The notes under the pieces were generated by a model, which worked only from the letters and a program-made list of their open reading frames with translations, searched no databases and was not told the origin of the DNA. A stretch of 64,000 nucleotides of DNA, taken from positions 1,084,860 through 1,148,859 of the forward strand of contig CAWBPL010000002.1 in the NCBI GenBank assembly GCA_963790805.1, given 5' to 3'. This DNA comes from Candidatus Gottesmanbacteria bacterium (GTDB lineage: Bacteria; Patescibacteriota; Microgenomatia; UBA10105; UBA927). This document shows positions 1 through 8,260 of this stretch, piece after piece. The position numbers and the translations under genes are program-made. Positions within the stretch are counted from its first letter, which is position 1. Every line of letters begins with the position of its first letter.

Positions 1-504
1 TTTTCTCACCGCATCGGCATGGTATTCCAGAATCCTGATTTTTCCCTCTTTAATTTAACGGTTGAAGAAGAAATTGCATTCGGGCTTAAAAACTTAAAGG
101 GAAAAAGCGACAAAAGCATAATAGAACAGGTTCTCAGGAGCGTGGGGCTCACTGGCTATGGTAACAGGGATCCTCAAACGCTTTCATTCGGCGAAAAACA
201 AAAAGTGTGTCTGGCAAGCGTTCTGGCGCTTGATATATCCTACGTGATTCTTGATGAGCCGACTGCGATGCTTGATTATAAAAGTTCGATCGAGCTTTAT
301 GCACTTCTTCGCGAGCTTAATCAAAAAGGCAAAACCATTATAACCATTGAACATGATACGGATTTTTTGTGGGACTATACGTCGGAAGTTGTCATTGTGG
401 ATAAAGGAAACGTGAAGGAATCAGGGTCTACGAAAGACGTGCTCTCGCACCAAAAACTTTTAACATCGCTTGGTATCAAAAAACCGCAGGGAGTGCGCAC
501 ATGA
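1..504 (+). CDS. ecfA: ECF-type ABC transporter ATP-binding subunit (5' end outside window)
   Basis: Frame is open from nt 1. Has FQNP, an ABC-signature-like LSFGEKQK, Walker B ILDEPT and H-loop IEHD. Its stop overlaps the next start (ATGA at 501-504). Confidence 0.8.
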   Translation, partial: FSHRIGMVFQNPDFSLFNLTVEEEIAFGLKNLKGKSDKSIIEQVLRSVGLTGYGNRDPQTLSFGEKQKVCLASVLALDISYVILDEPTAMLDYKSSIELYALLRELNQKGKTIITIEHDTDFLWDYTSEVVIVDKGNVKESGSTKDVLSHQKLLTSLGIKKPQGVRT

Positions 505-1073
505 ATGTACCAATGACTCGGTTCAAACTCGTAGCACTTCTTCTTGTATCAACAATCTTTGTGTTGGTTCGCAGTTTACCGGTCATAGCTGTCGCGTCCG
601 GTGCAATAATGGTCCTGACACTTGTGCAAACTGGGCGTTTTCATACGAAAACGAGGCTTCTTACCATTATTGGTATCACCTGTTTTGTTCTTCTTTTTCA
701 ACTTTTATTTCATACGGGGGTTTCCATTCAGGAACGACTTATCGAGGGCGCTATGGCATCGCTTCGGATTATTTCGTTGAGTCTACTGGTGTTTCTTTTC
801 AGCGAAACAACCTCTCTTAGCTCTCTTGCCTCTTCGATTTCATTTATGCCTAGAGATGTCCGCTTGATGATTACCATAAGTTTGGCACTTCTGCCTGCCA
901 TTCTCTATGAATTTTCCATCATCCGCATGGTACAGGAGACGCGGGGATATCAGCCGCGAGCAATAAATGTCTTTCGATCGTTTTTTCCCGTTATCATTCC
1001 GCTTTTAAACAGAACATTATCCCGAGCGGAACATATCGCCATCGTGTTGCAAACAAGGGGATTTGAAGAATGA
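501..1073 (+). CDS. ecfT: ECF transporter transmembrane (T) component
   Basis: 190-aa polytopic membrane protein, translationally coupled to the ECF ATPase. C-terminal RGY....R-type motif typical of CbiQ/EcfT. Confidence 0.7.
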   Translation: MNVPMTRFKLVALLLVSTIFVLVRSLPVIAVASGAIMVLTLVQTGRFHTKTRLLTIIGITCFVLLFQLLFHTGVSIQERLIEGAMASLRIISLSLLVFLFSETTSLSSLASSISFMPRDVRLMITISLALLPAILYEFSIIRMVQETRGYQPRAINVFRSFFPVIIPLLNRTLSRAEHIAIVLQTRGFEE

Positions 1074-1122
1074 TGAAGGATGAAATTGGAGGCGTTTTTA
1101 TGCGCTTCCAAGCCCTGCATGA

Positions 1123-1401
1123 TCATGCGTTTTGGTCTTTTGCTGGTTTGGTAAAGATAAAAGGTTGATCCTGTGCCAAAACGGCTAGAATTTGTGCGAC
1201 GGGGACATCAAGACTCTCAGCGACTGCTTCTATCTTTTGGCTCGCTGCTTCTGTTGAGTCTTGACCCAACAAATCAGCTGCTCCCTCAATATCAACAGCG
1301 GTTCTAACCGCGCCGTCACTCGAGGCTTCGTTTAGTCTTCCGTTAAAAAAATAGAGTGCACTTTGACCTGCTTTCAGTTCAAGTTGATCTGCAGTTGGCA
1401 T
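1123..1401 (-). CDS. hypothetical protein
   Basis: 92-codon ORF with non-repetitive composition. No motif recognised. Confidence 0.35.
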   Translation of the reverse strand: MPTADQLELKAGQSALYFFNGRLNEASSDGAVRTAVDIEGAADLLGQDSTEAASQKIEAVAESLDVPVAQILAVLAQDQPFIFTKPAKDQNA

Positions 1402-1519
1402 AGCTTGTGAGAATCCTACTCCAACAGGGATATAAAGTCAAATTTGGGAGTTGCCTCTCACCTGCTAGGGATATTCGTTAGGTTGTGGCTGTTTATACTA
1501 TAAGATATAATAGGTTCCT

Positions 1520-1801
1520 ATGGCATTAGGTTTGGAGTTCCGATCACGTATTTGTTACTATTACCGGCCGACAGGCGGCGGATATATTCAGGCCGAACAG
1601 GGCAACCACGAAGAAAATCTGGGATTAATTGAGGCCGCCCGCGCGCTTCGGGATCATAGCGTGGATACAAAACAATGGCATGTAGGGTCAGATCCGGTTA
1701 CCCGTCAAGTAAAGCTTACTGCTACCGAGGAAATTCTCGACGTTGTTGAACAGGGATTGATGATGAGAAATTTGAAACGGACGGATTTGTTAAAGCCCTG
1801 A
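1520..1801 (+). CDS. hypothetical protein
   Basis: 93-codon ORF. No motif recognised. Confidence 0.3.
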   Translation: MALGLEFRSRICYYYRPTGGGYIQAEQGNHEENLGLIEAARALRDHSVDTKQWHVGSDPVTRQVKLTATEEILDVVEQGLMMRNLKRTDLLKP

Positions 1802-1852
1802 GCACTACCTCAATGCCCGTGTTTAATTTTCGTAAAAAGTGTCGCTTTGGAG

Positions 1853-2392
1853 CTATCCAAGTTGAAATACAGAGGGAACTTCCATTATGGCCCTTTTTTC
1901 GACAAATAATGCAGCTTGATCAGCGACAGGTTGGCCATTAATCGCGTATGCAAATTGAGGAAGGAGGAAAGCGCATTCAATTTTTGTCGAAGGGCCGATC
2001 GAATACGTACCGGAATATACTTCCGATTCAAAATAAGGATGCATCCGTTGCCAATAGGATCCACTGTTAACGGCCGCCGTTAATTGCTCGAAGGCGGAGG
2101 GATCAGCAAACCCTCTCGGCGTTAACCCCAACGTTGTATATGAGATGTTACCACGTGACTCGAAAATTTTTCCTGCAAGACTATAGAAATAATATGGTAT
2201 ATCCCCGTTTATTTTATTAAGTATCCTGGTATGGACAAATCCTTTTGGAGGGGTTAAAAATGGTAAAATTATGACAGTTTTGTGATCAACCACAATGGAA
2301 ATTGATTCCTGATTCAGAAGACCTTCTTGTAGCGAAAAATGACGGAAACGACCCTGAGCGATTGCCAGTTCTTTCATCACGGCTCGCATCAT
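1853..2392 (-). CDS. hypothetical protein
   Basis: 179-codon ORF. No motif recognised. Confidence 0.5.
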   Translation of the reverse strand: MMRAVMKELAIAQGRFRHFSLQEGLLNQESISIVVDHKTVIILPFLTPPKGFVHTRILNKINGDIPYYFYSLAGKIFESRGNISYTTLGLTPRGFADPSAFEQLTAAVNSGSYWQRMHPYFESEVYSGTYSIGPSTKIECAFLLPQFAYAINGQPVADQAALFVEKRAIMEVPSVFQLG

Positions 2393-2457
2393 AGCATGCG
2401 CTCATACCCTATTCAAGATTTTTCAAAATACGGAGTCGATGACTGAAGGCATTTACC

Positions 2458-2787
2458 TTAGCGGTCTTGCTTGGGGAGTTCATCATTAAGCCTGAATTCG
2501 TTTTTTCGTATAGGTATAATAAGGTCATCACCTAATTTTTGGCGGAGAGTAAAAAAATACTGTGTTACGTTGTTTTCTGTTATATCTTCCCCGAAGGTTT
2601 GTTTTATCTGGCTAACGATGCCTTTTTTGGTGAACGTGCCCTGCATGAATCCGATAACATCAACTTCCCGTTGGGTCAAATTCGCCTGCATATCGCCCCG
2701 TCTTGCAACGAGCGTCATGAGGTCTACCTCGATGGAACCCCTGTGAAGGGCATTATCTCTGTTAAAGTTTTTTTCTTTCGGATTCAT
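2458..2787 (-). CDS. small winged-helix (OmpR/CadC C-terminal-like) DNA-binding protein
   Basis: 109 aa. The segment REVDVIGFM....LRQKLGDDLIIPIRKNEFRL resembles a trans_reg_C effector domain. Confidence 0.45.
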   Translation of the reverse strand: MNPKEKNFNRDNALHRGSIEVDLMTLVARRGDMQANLTQREVDVIGFMQGTFTKKGIVSQIKQTFGEDITENNVTQYFFTLRQKLGDDLIIPIRKNEFRLNDELPKQDR

Positions 2788-2890
2788 ATAATTTGAGTTT
2801 CAATACAGGTTTGCGGAGTGGGTAGTATACGCGAGGTAATGGAATGTAGCAAGGGTTAGATACTAGTACTCATTGAGAGTTTTAACGTTT

Positions 2891-2967
2891 TGGGGTGAGC
2901 GACGGGTTCTGCCCCCGCGACCTTCTCCTCCACAGGGAGACGCTCTACTAATTGAGCTACGCCCACC
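2891..2967 (-). tRNA. tRNA-His (GTG), with encoded G-1 and CCA
   Basis: Hand-folded cloverleaf. G-1 pairs with C73. Acceptor GTGGGCG/CGCTCAC, anticodon loop CTGTGGA. The D-loop (AATTAGTA) and T-loop (GGCAGAA) are noncanonical. Confidence 0.75.
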
Positions 2968-3081
2968 AATACGCTCATTATACACCCATGTTACTCAGGT
3001 TTGCAGCCTTCTTAGGCGAAAAAGCTGATGAGATGGGTGGGTATCCGAAGGGTATAGAGCAAAAAGAGAGGAACCGGAAGG

Positions 3082-4788
3082 TTATGGGCTTACAAACAAA
3101 TGGAGTATGTCGCTTGGCGGGTTTTTAAGAAGCGTCCAAATATCAGCGATGGTGAATTTTCCGTCACCATTGAAATCAAGAGGGAGGAAACGTTTCATGC
3201 CGACGTGCGTTACCTCCTTACTGAGTGCTAATATTTCCTGCCGCGGAAGATAATATGGAACGATAGTAACGACGCGATATTGCCTGCCGGGAACGATATT
3301 CGTGAGATTGCTTGCGATGACATGACCGTTTGTGAGCGTAAGCCCGTCGAATTTCTGAAGGAGCATATCGTTGTCATAGACGAGTACAGTGACGTTGTCG
3401 GCGTTATTTGCACGCCGCCAGCCCAACTGGACCGATACGTCAACAGTCGGAGGCGGTACAACGGTGACCGTCCGCGTTTGCAGCACTATATGTCTGCCAA
3501 AGTGATTTAAATAGAGCTCGAGATGGTATATGCCGGGTTTGGACGGCGTTTTCAGATGAATTGTTAGTTCTCCGTTTTCTGTGGGTTCAATAGCCGGAAG
3601 CGGATCAGCAAACAGCATAAACCCCTTTTTCTCATCATCGAGAGTGAGGTCGTACCCGCGAGCAATATCGAGAATCCCCTGTCCGTCATTGTGTATCATA
3701 GCACTGAGTGTATAGCTCGAATTTGTGACGAGCGTTGAAGGTAACAGCGGGGGGCGCAGCGTGTAGGTTTCTTTTTGTATCGGTTCTCCCTGAATTTTTG
3801 CGATCGCCTGATATGCATCATATTGTGCATAAAATTGATTGGTACCGAGCTCTTTCCATGAAAAATTATCAAATGGTACGTCCTGATAATTAAATACAAA
3901 CGGTGTGATTGCAACGATTCTGGGATCAGTCCAGACGCCTGTTGCCGCTATTTGCAGATCATTGCCGATTGCATCGCTTGAAAGAAAATTTTTATTGACG
4001 ACCTTTCCCTGACTATGCATCCAGCCCGTTTCTGTAATAAAAACCGGTACGTTTTTGGTAAGCCCGAGCGACTGTAAAAACGAAAGTTCCGCCGTAAACG
4101 TATACAGGGTTCCCCTGCCGCTTGCGTATGGGGAACCGGAATAATTCTGATTCGGGTATGAATGGGATGTCCACCCGTCCATACTCGTGAGGATTTGCGG
4201 TTGAGCGGCGACCATCCGTCTTAGAAATGCGAAGGCATCCATAGTGTCGGCGCCATTAACTGCTGATTCGTCGAGGCCGGCCGGCAGGATAAAAAAATCC
4301 GAAGAAGCTGATTTCAACTTTTGCGCGAACGAAACAAAATCGGCGGCATAGCCTTCTGGGTCGAGCGAATTTCCCCACTCGCTGGCATGATTCGGTTCGT
4401 TATATAAAACGATATACCGGTTTTGTATTGGCCAGCTTAACGAATTGAAAAACGTTGCGATCGAATCGAAATCGTTGGGATTCGGCTTCGCCCAGTGATT
4501 TCCTTCCACGTGTGTGGCAATACGGACAATCGGGATGAGGTGGTCGCGGCGCATTTGGTTGAATATCGTTTGCCATTTGCCGTGATCGCGGTCATTATCG
4601 GCGGAAACAAGCGTGACATATCCCCAATCGCCGCCGGAGCTGTTTACCAGAGGCGAAATATCCGGTATATCGTTAAAGTCCGCGATGTGTATGCCGAATT
4701 TGTTATTGGGAACGCTCAAGGGATCGTAAATTGCATGTATCGGTTGGGGCAATAATAATAGCAGTAGCGACAGTAAAAGAGCTATCAT
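3082..4788 (-). CDS. secreted clan GH-A-like glycoside hydrolase with a C-terminal dockerin/EF-hand-like segment
   Basis: N-terminal signal peptide (LLLSLLLLLLPQPIHA). YNEPNH (acid/base-like) and FITETGW (nucleophile-like) motifs. C-terminal DFNGDGKFTIAD. Confidence 0.5.
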   Translation of the reverse strand: MIALLLSLLLLLLPQPIHAIYDPLSVPNNKFGIHIADFNDIPDISPLVNSSGGDWGYVTLVSADNDRDHGKWQTIFNQMRRDHLIPIVRIATHVEGNHWAKPNPNDFDSIATFFNSLSWPIQNRYIVLYNEPNHASEWGNSLDPEGYAADFVSFAQKLKSASSDFFILPAGLDESAVNGADTMDAFAFLRRMVAAQPQILTSMDGWTSHSYPNQNYSGSPYASGRGTLYTFTAELSFLQSLGLTKNVPVFITETGWMHSQGKVVNKNFLSSDAIGNDLQIAATGVWTDPRIVAITPFVFNYQDVPFDNFSWKELGTNQFYAQYDAYQAIAKIQGEPIQKETYTLRPPLLPSTLVTNSSYTLSAMIHNDGQGILDIARGYDLTLDDEKKGFMLFADPLPAIEPTENGELTIHLKTPSKPGIYHLELYLNHFGRHIVLQTRTVTVVPPPTVDVSVQLGWRRANNADNVTVLVYDNDMLLQKFDGLTLTNGHVIASNLTNIVPGRQYRVVTIVPYYLPRQEILALSKEVTHVGMKRFLPLDFNGDGKFTIADIWTLLKNPPSDILHLFVSP

Positions 4789-4816
4789 GATATAATTATC
4801 TCACAAATTGTGGATA

Positions 4817-4865
4817 ATCGTTGGGAAAGATCGTTGGGAAAGAAACGTAGTTTCTGTCCCAAAAA
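4817..4865 (+). repeat. tandem 13-bp ATCGTTGGGAAAG x2, followed by the conserved hairpin leader of tRNA-Gly (copy 1)
   Basis: Tandem units at 4817-4829 and 4830-4842. 4830-4865 is near-identical to 33309-33344. Contains the hairpin GGGAAAGAAAC-gta-GTTTCTGTCCC. Confidence 0.85.
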
Positions 4866-4937
4866 GCGGGCGTAGTTCAGCGGTAGAATGTCTCCCTTCC
4901 AAGGAGAAGGTCGTGGGTTCAAGTCCCATCGCCCGCT
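4866..4937 (+). tRNA. tRNA-Gly (TCC)
   Basis: Cloverleaf folded by hand. Acceptor GCGGGCG/CGCCCGC, anticodon loop CTTCCAA, T-loop TTCAAGT. No encoded CCA. Confidence 0.9.
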
Positions 4938-4959
4938 CATCGTTTATTCTTTGATAGAG

Positions 4960-6408
4960 CTACGTATTACCATTTAGCCGCTTCATTTGATCATGAATTG
5001 ATCGAACCGCAGCATTGGCATTTCCATTTGTATCTTCAAGAAGAACTGATAGCTCAACTGGGCCGCTTAATAAAATACCAGGTGCATTATTTACTGGACT
5101 TTCCGGCGTGCCTTTTAATCCATGGGCTATCGCACCTAAAACATCAGGATTGCTGATTCCGTGGCCTACAACTTCAACAACCGCCATTTCGTTTGTTAAA
5201 CTAATCTCTTCAACACTCCCTCCGTCAACATAAGACTGTAGCTGTTCTTTGATACCCCTCAAAATTTTATCCGGTTCTTCCGGTTTAGAAAATGCAAGAT
5301 CGACGGCTTGTTCTGATATGGGTTGATTAATAAGCTTAATATCAATGTGTTCTTCTGCAAGCACTGTCGAAATTTTGGCAAGAATTCCCGGTCTCTCCAT
5401 AGCCAGTCCTTTAATTCGTAACCATGCCAGATCTTTTACGACACATACTATTTTGGCGCGATAATCATCCTGTGTAATGATTCCGTCAATTTTTGTACCG
5501 GATTCTGAGGGTTGTAATGTATTCCCGCAATAAAGAACAATCCCCTGTTTTTTAACCGGCCCGATCGATCTGGGATGCAAAATTTTTGCGCCTGACACCG
5601 CCAATGCGGCCGCTTCTTCATAGGTAAGATGCAAAACCAGTTGAGCCTCGCTTCCGACTACTCGTGGATCTGCGCTCAAAGCGCCGGGAACATCTGCTTT
5701 ATACAGATACACCCCACCAACAGATAAGAAATGTGAAAGAAGTTCAGCAATTTTCGTTGCTGAATAATCGCTACCGCCTCTCCCGAATGTAGTAAAATGA
5801 TCCCCGTAGAATCCTGGAATGACCACAATTTGTCCATTATAAAGATGAGGAAGTACAGCGTCTTTTATTTTATCCTTTGACGGTTCAGTAAGCGCTATTG
5901 CATCACCATATCTTCCATTCGTCGCAAATATATCGTTTGAGTCTATAGCAACCGCTGGTAAACCTTTTGCCCTAAGATGCGCCGCAAATATAGGAGCCAT
6001 TAACCGTTCCCCTGTTGAAGCGACATAGTCTACCATAGATTGAATTGAAGACAAGGGAGGTTTTGCTAAATAAATAGTTTCAAGAATTCCGGTAACTTCT
6101 GTTGTAACTTTTTGAGTATGTGTCCGAAGCTCGTTGGCGTCTTCCTTGGAAGTAAGATTGTTTATTATTGTCTCATGTGCCTCAAGAAGTTTTTGTATGA
6201 CTGGTGTGTACTCAGATTTTCCTTCCGCCGCATTTCGAATTGCAGAAAAAAGGCTATCCGTCACGCCGGACATGGCTGACACGACAATGATATGCCCTTT
6301 CTCCCCTTCAGCATGAAGTTCAGTCACCTCAGCGGACTGTCGTATGGCAATGCTGTCTTTAACGGATGTACCACCAAATTTAAGAACGTCCGCTTGTTCA
6401 ATACCCAT
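4960..6408 (-). CDS. lysC: aspartate kinase
   Basis: VLKFGGTSV N-terminal kinase motif, GRGGSDYSA motif and C-terminal ACT-like repeats. Start placed at the ATG giving MGIEQADVLKFGG; the 38 upstream codons of the ORF look noncoding. Confidence 0.85.
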   Translation of the reverse strand: MGIEQADVLKFGGTSVKDSIAIRQSAEVTELHAEGEKGHIIVVSAMSGVTDSLFSAIRNAAEGKSEYTPVIQKLLEAHETIINNLTSKEDANELRTHTQKVTTEVTGILETIYLAKPPLSSIQSMVDYVASTGERLMAPIFAAHLRAKGLPAVAIDSNDIFATNGRYGDAIALTEPSKDKIKDAVLPHLYNGQIVVIPGFYGDHFTTFGRGGSDYSATKIAELLSHFLSVGGVYLYKADVPGALSADPRVVGSEAQLVLHLTYEEAAALAVSGAKILHPRSIGPVKKQGIVLYCGNTLQPSESGTKIDGIITQDDYRAKIVCVVKDLAWLRIKGLAMERPGILAKISTVLAEEHIDIKLINQPISEQAVDLAFSKPEEPDKILRGIKEQLQSYVDGGSVEEISLTNEMAVVEVVGHGISNPDVLGAIAHGLKGTPESPVNNAPGILLSGPVELSVLLEDTNGNANAAVRSIHDQMKRLNGNT

Positions 6409-6627
6409 AGAATGTACCTGTGTTGACGGGTAACCATATACCGGACAACTAAGAACAGAGCGTATTTTAGCATAAAATACGAAATTAGAACTCTTATCCT
6501 CTCGCATTGAATAATACCTCAATGGATAAACCTGCCGTCAAAGCCTTCATTTAGGTGTAGCGGGCGAGGGCGACTCTTCACAGTTAAAGCGCGCTAGAAA
6601 AGCTCCTTCGTTGTATAATACATATAC

Positions 6628-6699
6628 GCTTCTGTAGCTCAATGGATAGAGCATCTCCCTTCTAAGGAGGCGATGAGGGTTCGATTCCCCCCAGGAGCG
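6628..6699 (+). tRNA. tRNA-Arg (TCT)
   Basis: Acceptor GCTTCTG/CAGGAGC, anticodon loop CTTCTAA, T-loop TTCGATT. Confidence 0.85.
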
Positions 6700-6730
6700 C
6701 ACTATCTATTGGTGGCAGGTCGGTAGGGTG

Positions 6731-6761
6731 TGATGCAAGTTCGATTCTTGCTGGGAGCGCA
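6731..6761 (+). pseudogene. orphan tRNA 3' half (T-arm plus acceptor 3' strand), related to tRNA-Arg
   Basis: GCAAG-TTCGATT-CTTGC-TGGGAGC-G-CA lies 30 nt after the intact tRNA-Arg. No matching 5' acceptor strand, D-arm or anticodon arm is present upstream. Confidence 0.6.
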
Positions 6762-7196
6762 TCAGAGAGTGATGTGGACGACGTCACCGATTTGCATGTT
6801 GAGGGAGTCGGCGGTACCGGCGTTAACCTCCAAGACTTTGTTAACCGGAACTTTTGGCGTATAAATCGGCAATACCTCCGATGTTGCAACCGGCACAGTT
6901 TTTGAAATATCCACGATGTTATTGTCTTTTATCCAGATCATATCAAGCGGAAACTTCATACCTTTCATCCAGAAAGAATACCGGTCAGGGTGATCGTATA
7001 CAAAGAGCATACCGCGGTTGGCGTCGAGGTGGTCGCGGTACCCGAGCCCCAATTCTTTCTGTTCTTCAGTAAGCGCGACGTCAACCATAAATGCATGGTT
7101 ATCGATGGTAACTTTGACGCCTAAGGGATGGTTTATATAAAACCAGATAGTGAAAATCCCTAAAAGAATAAGAGCGTAAAAAATAATTTTTTTCAT
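6762..7196 (-). CDS. DUF192 family protein (membrane-anchored or secreted)
   Basis: N-terminal hydrophobic segment. GLGYR....GMLFVY....FWMKGMKFPLDMIW matches the DUF192 signature. Confidence 0.7.
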   Translation of the reverse strand: MKKIIFYALILLGIFTIWFYINHPLGVKVTIDNHAFMVDVALTEEQKELGLGYRDHLDANRGMLFVYDHPDRYSFWMKGMKFPLDMIWIKDNNIVDISKTVPVATSEVLPIYTPKVPVNKVLEVNAGTADSLNMQIGDVVHITL

Positions 7197-8008
7197 TTTT
7201 TTCGAGTCAGAACAAAATCAATAAGTCCGCTAAGTGCGTGCGAATGTTTTTCACCGATTGTCAATCGCTTCAGTGATTCATTCGCTGCCCGTTTATACGA
7301 CTCTACATCAGCAAGAGTAAACGGGTTTTTTTCGCTGTCAAGTTTATCGTCCTGAATTTGAAAAAGGACGCCGACAGCAACCCCGTATGATTCCAGATAG
7401 CGAAGCATTTCTTTTGTTGTACCGGCAAGAGTGGCGCCGAGCATAAGCGGTACAGCAAATGTGTAACGAGCCGTTTTATACGTATATAAACTAAGGATGT
7501 CGATTTTTGTTTTAGACGCCCGTGATACATCGGCCATTTGGGCCACTCCGACTGACTGGTATTCGCGTCCGACCAGCCGGATAATGCGACCCATGGTAAC
7601 ATCATCAGTTTTGACAGAACCGAGAAGTTCGAATGCCATAAAAAACAACACATCACCCACACACATTGCCATAGATTCACTGTTGTATTGTACGTGCATG
7701 CTTGGAATACCGCGCCTCGTGGCGTCTTTGTCCATAATGTCGTCGTGGATAACGAGTGCGGTTTGAAGAAGTTCCATCGCCGCCGCCGCTTTTATTGCAT
7801 CTTCTGACGGTCCGCTATTGGTGAAACAATATGCTAAAAGAACGAGCGATCCGCGGATGGTTTTACCTGCCGTAACCATAGGTAACACACGATCGATTAG
7901 ATCACTGCCGAAATTATTCACTGCAATGAATGATTTCTTTTTTTCCGTAAGATAGCTACGAAGGAAATCGTCGATACGGTGTTTATATGTTTTAAATATT
8001 GGATCCAT
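7193..8008 (-). CDS. polyprenyl diphosphate synthase (trans-isoprenyl, short/medium chain)
   Basis: First Asp-rich motif VIHDDIMDKD and second FQIQDDKLD. 271 aa. Confidence 0.8.
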   Translation of the reverse strand: MDPIFKTYKHRIDDFLRSYLTEKKKSFIAVNNFGSDLIDRVLPMVTAGKTIRGSLVLLAYCFTNSGPSEDAIKAAAAMELLQTALVIHDDIMDKDATRRGIPSMHVQYNSESMAMCVGDVLFFMAFELLGSVKTDDVTMGRIIRLVGREYQSVGVAQMADVSRASKTKIDILSLYTYKTARYTFAVPLMLGATLAGTTKEMLRYLESYGVAVGVLFQIQDDKLDSEKNPFTLADVESYKRAANESLKRLTIGEKHSHALSGLIDFVLTRKK

Positions 8009-8160
8009 GGAAAAAGAGAGACGAGTCTAATTTGTCGGGACGGGCAGACTTGTCCCAGTCCCGCTTTCATTTTGTAATCAAATGATTAGCGGGACGGGAT
8101 CCCGCATTCTAAGACCGGATTACCGGTCAAGAAGTGCGGGAAACTGTCAAACCGACTGAG

Positions 8161-8234
8161 TCGGGGTGGTGAGACTTGAACTCACAACCTCATCGTCCCA
8201 AACGATGCGCGCTAGCCAATTGCGCCACACCCCG
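8161..8234 (-). tRNA. tRNA-Pro (TGG)
   Basis: Acceptor CGGGGTG/CACCCCG, anticodon loop TTTGGGA, T-loop TTCAAGT. Confidence 0.9.
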
Positions 8235-8260
8235 AACAGCATGTATTGTACCAAAAAAAC

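Noticed and set aside
6409-6627. Possible lysine riboswitch (L-box) or T-box in the ~220-nt leader of aspartate kinase
   Set aside because: I looked for L-box core elements (AGAGGNGC, GAAAGGGG, AACTGTCA-like) and for the T-box motif and found neither. The leader remains unassigned.
8009-8160. Possible SRP (4.5S) RNA in the tRNA-Pro/polyprenyl synthase spacer
   Set aside because: The central hairpin has a TAAT/ATTA loop, not a GNRA tetraloop, and the conserved helix-8 AGCA/GGAA internal-loop motifs are not present.
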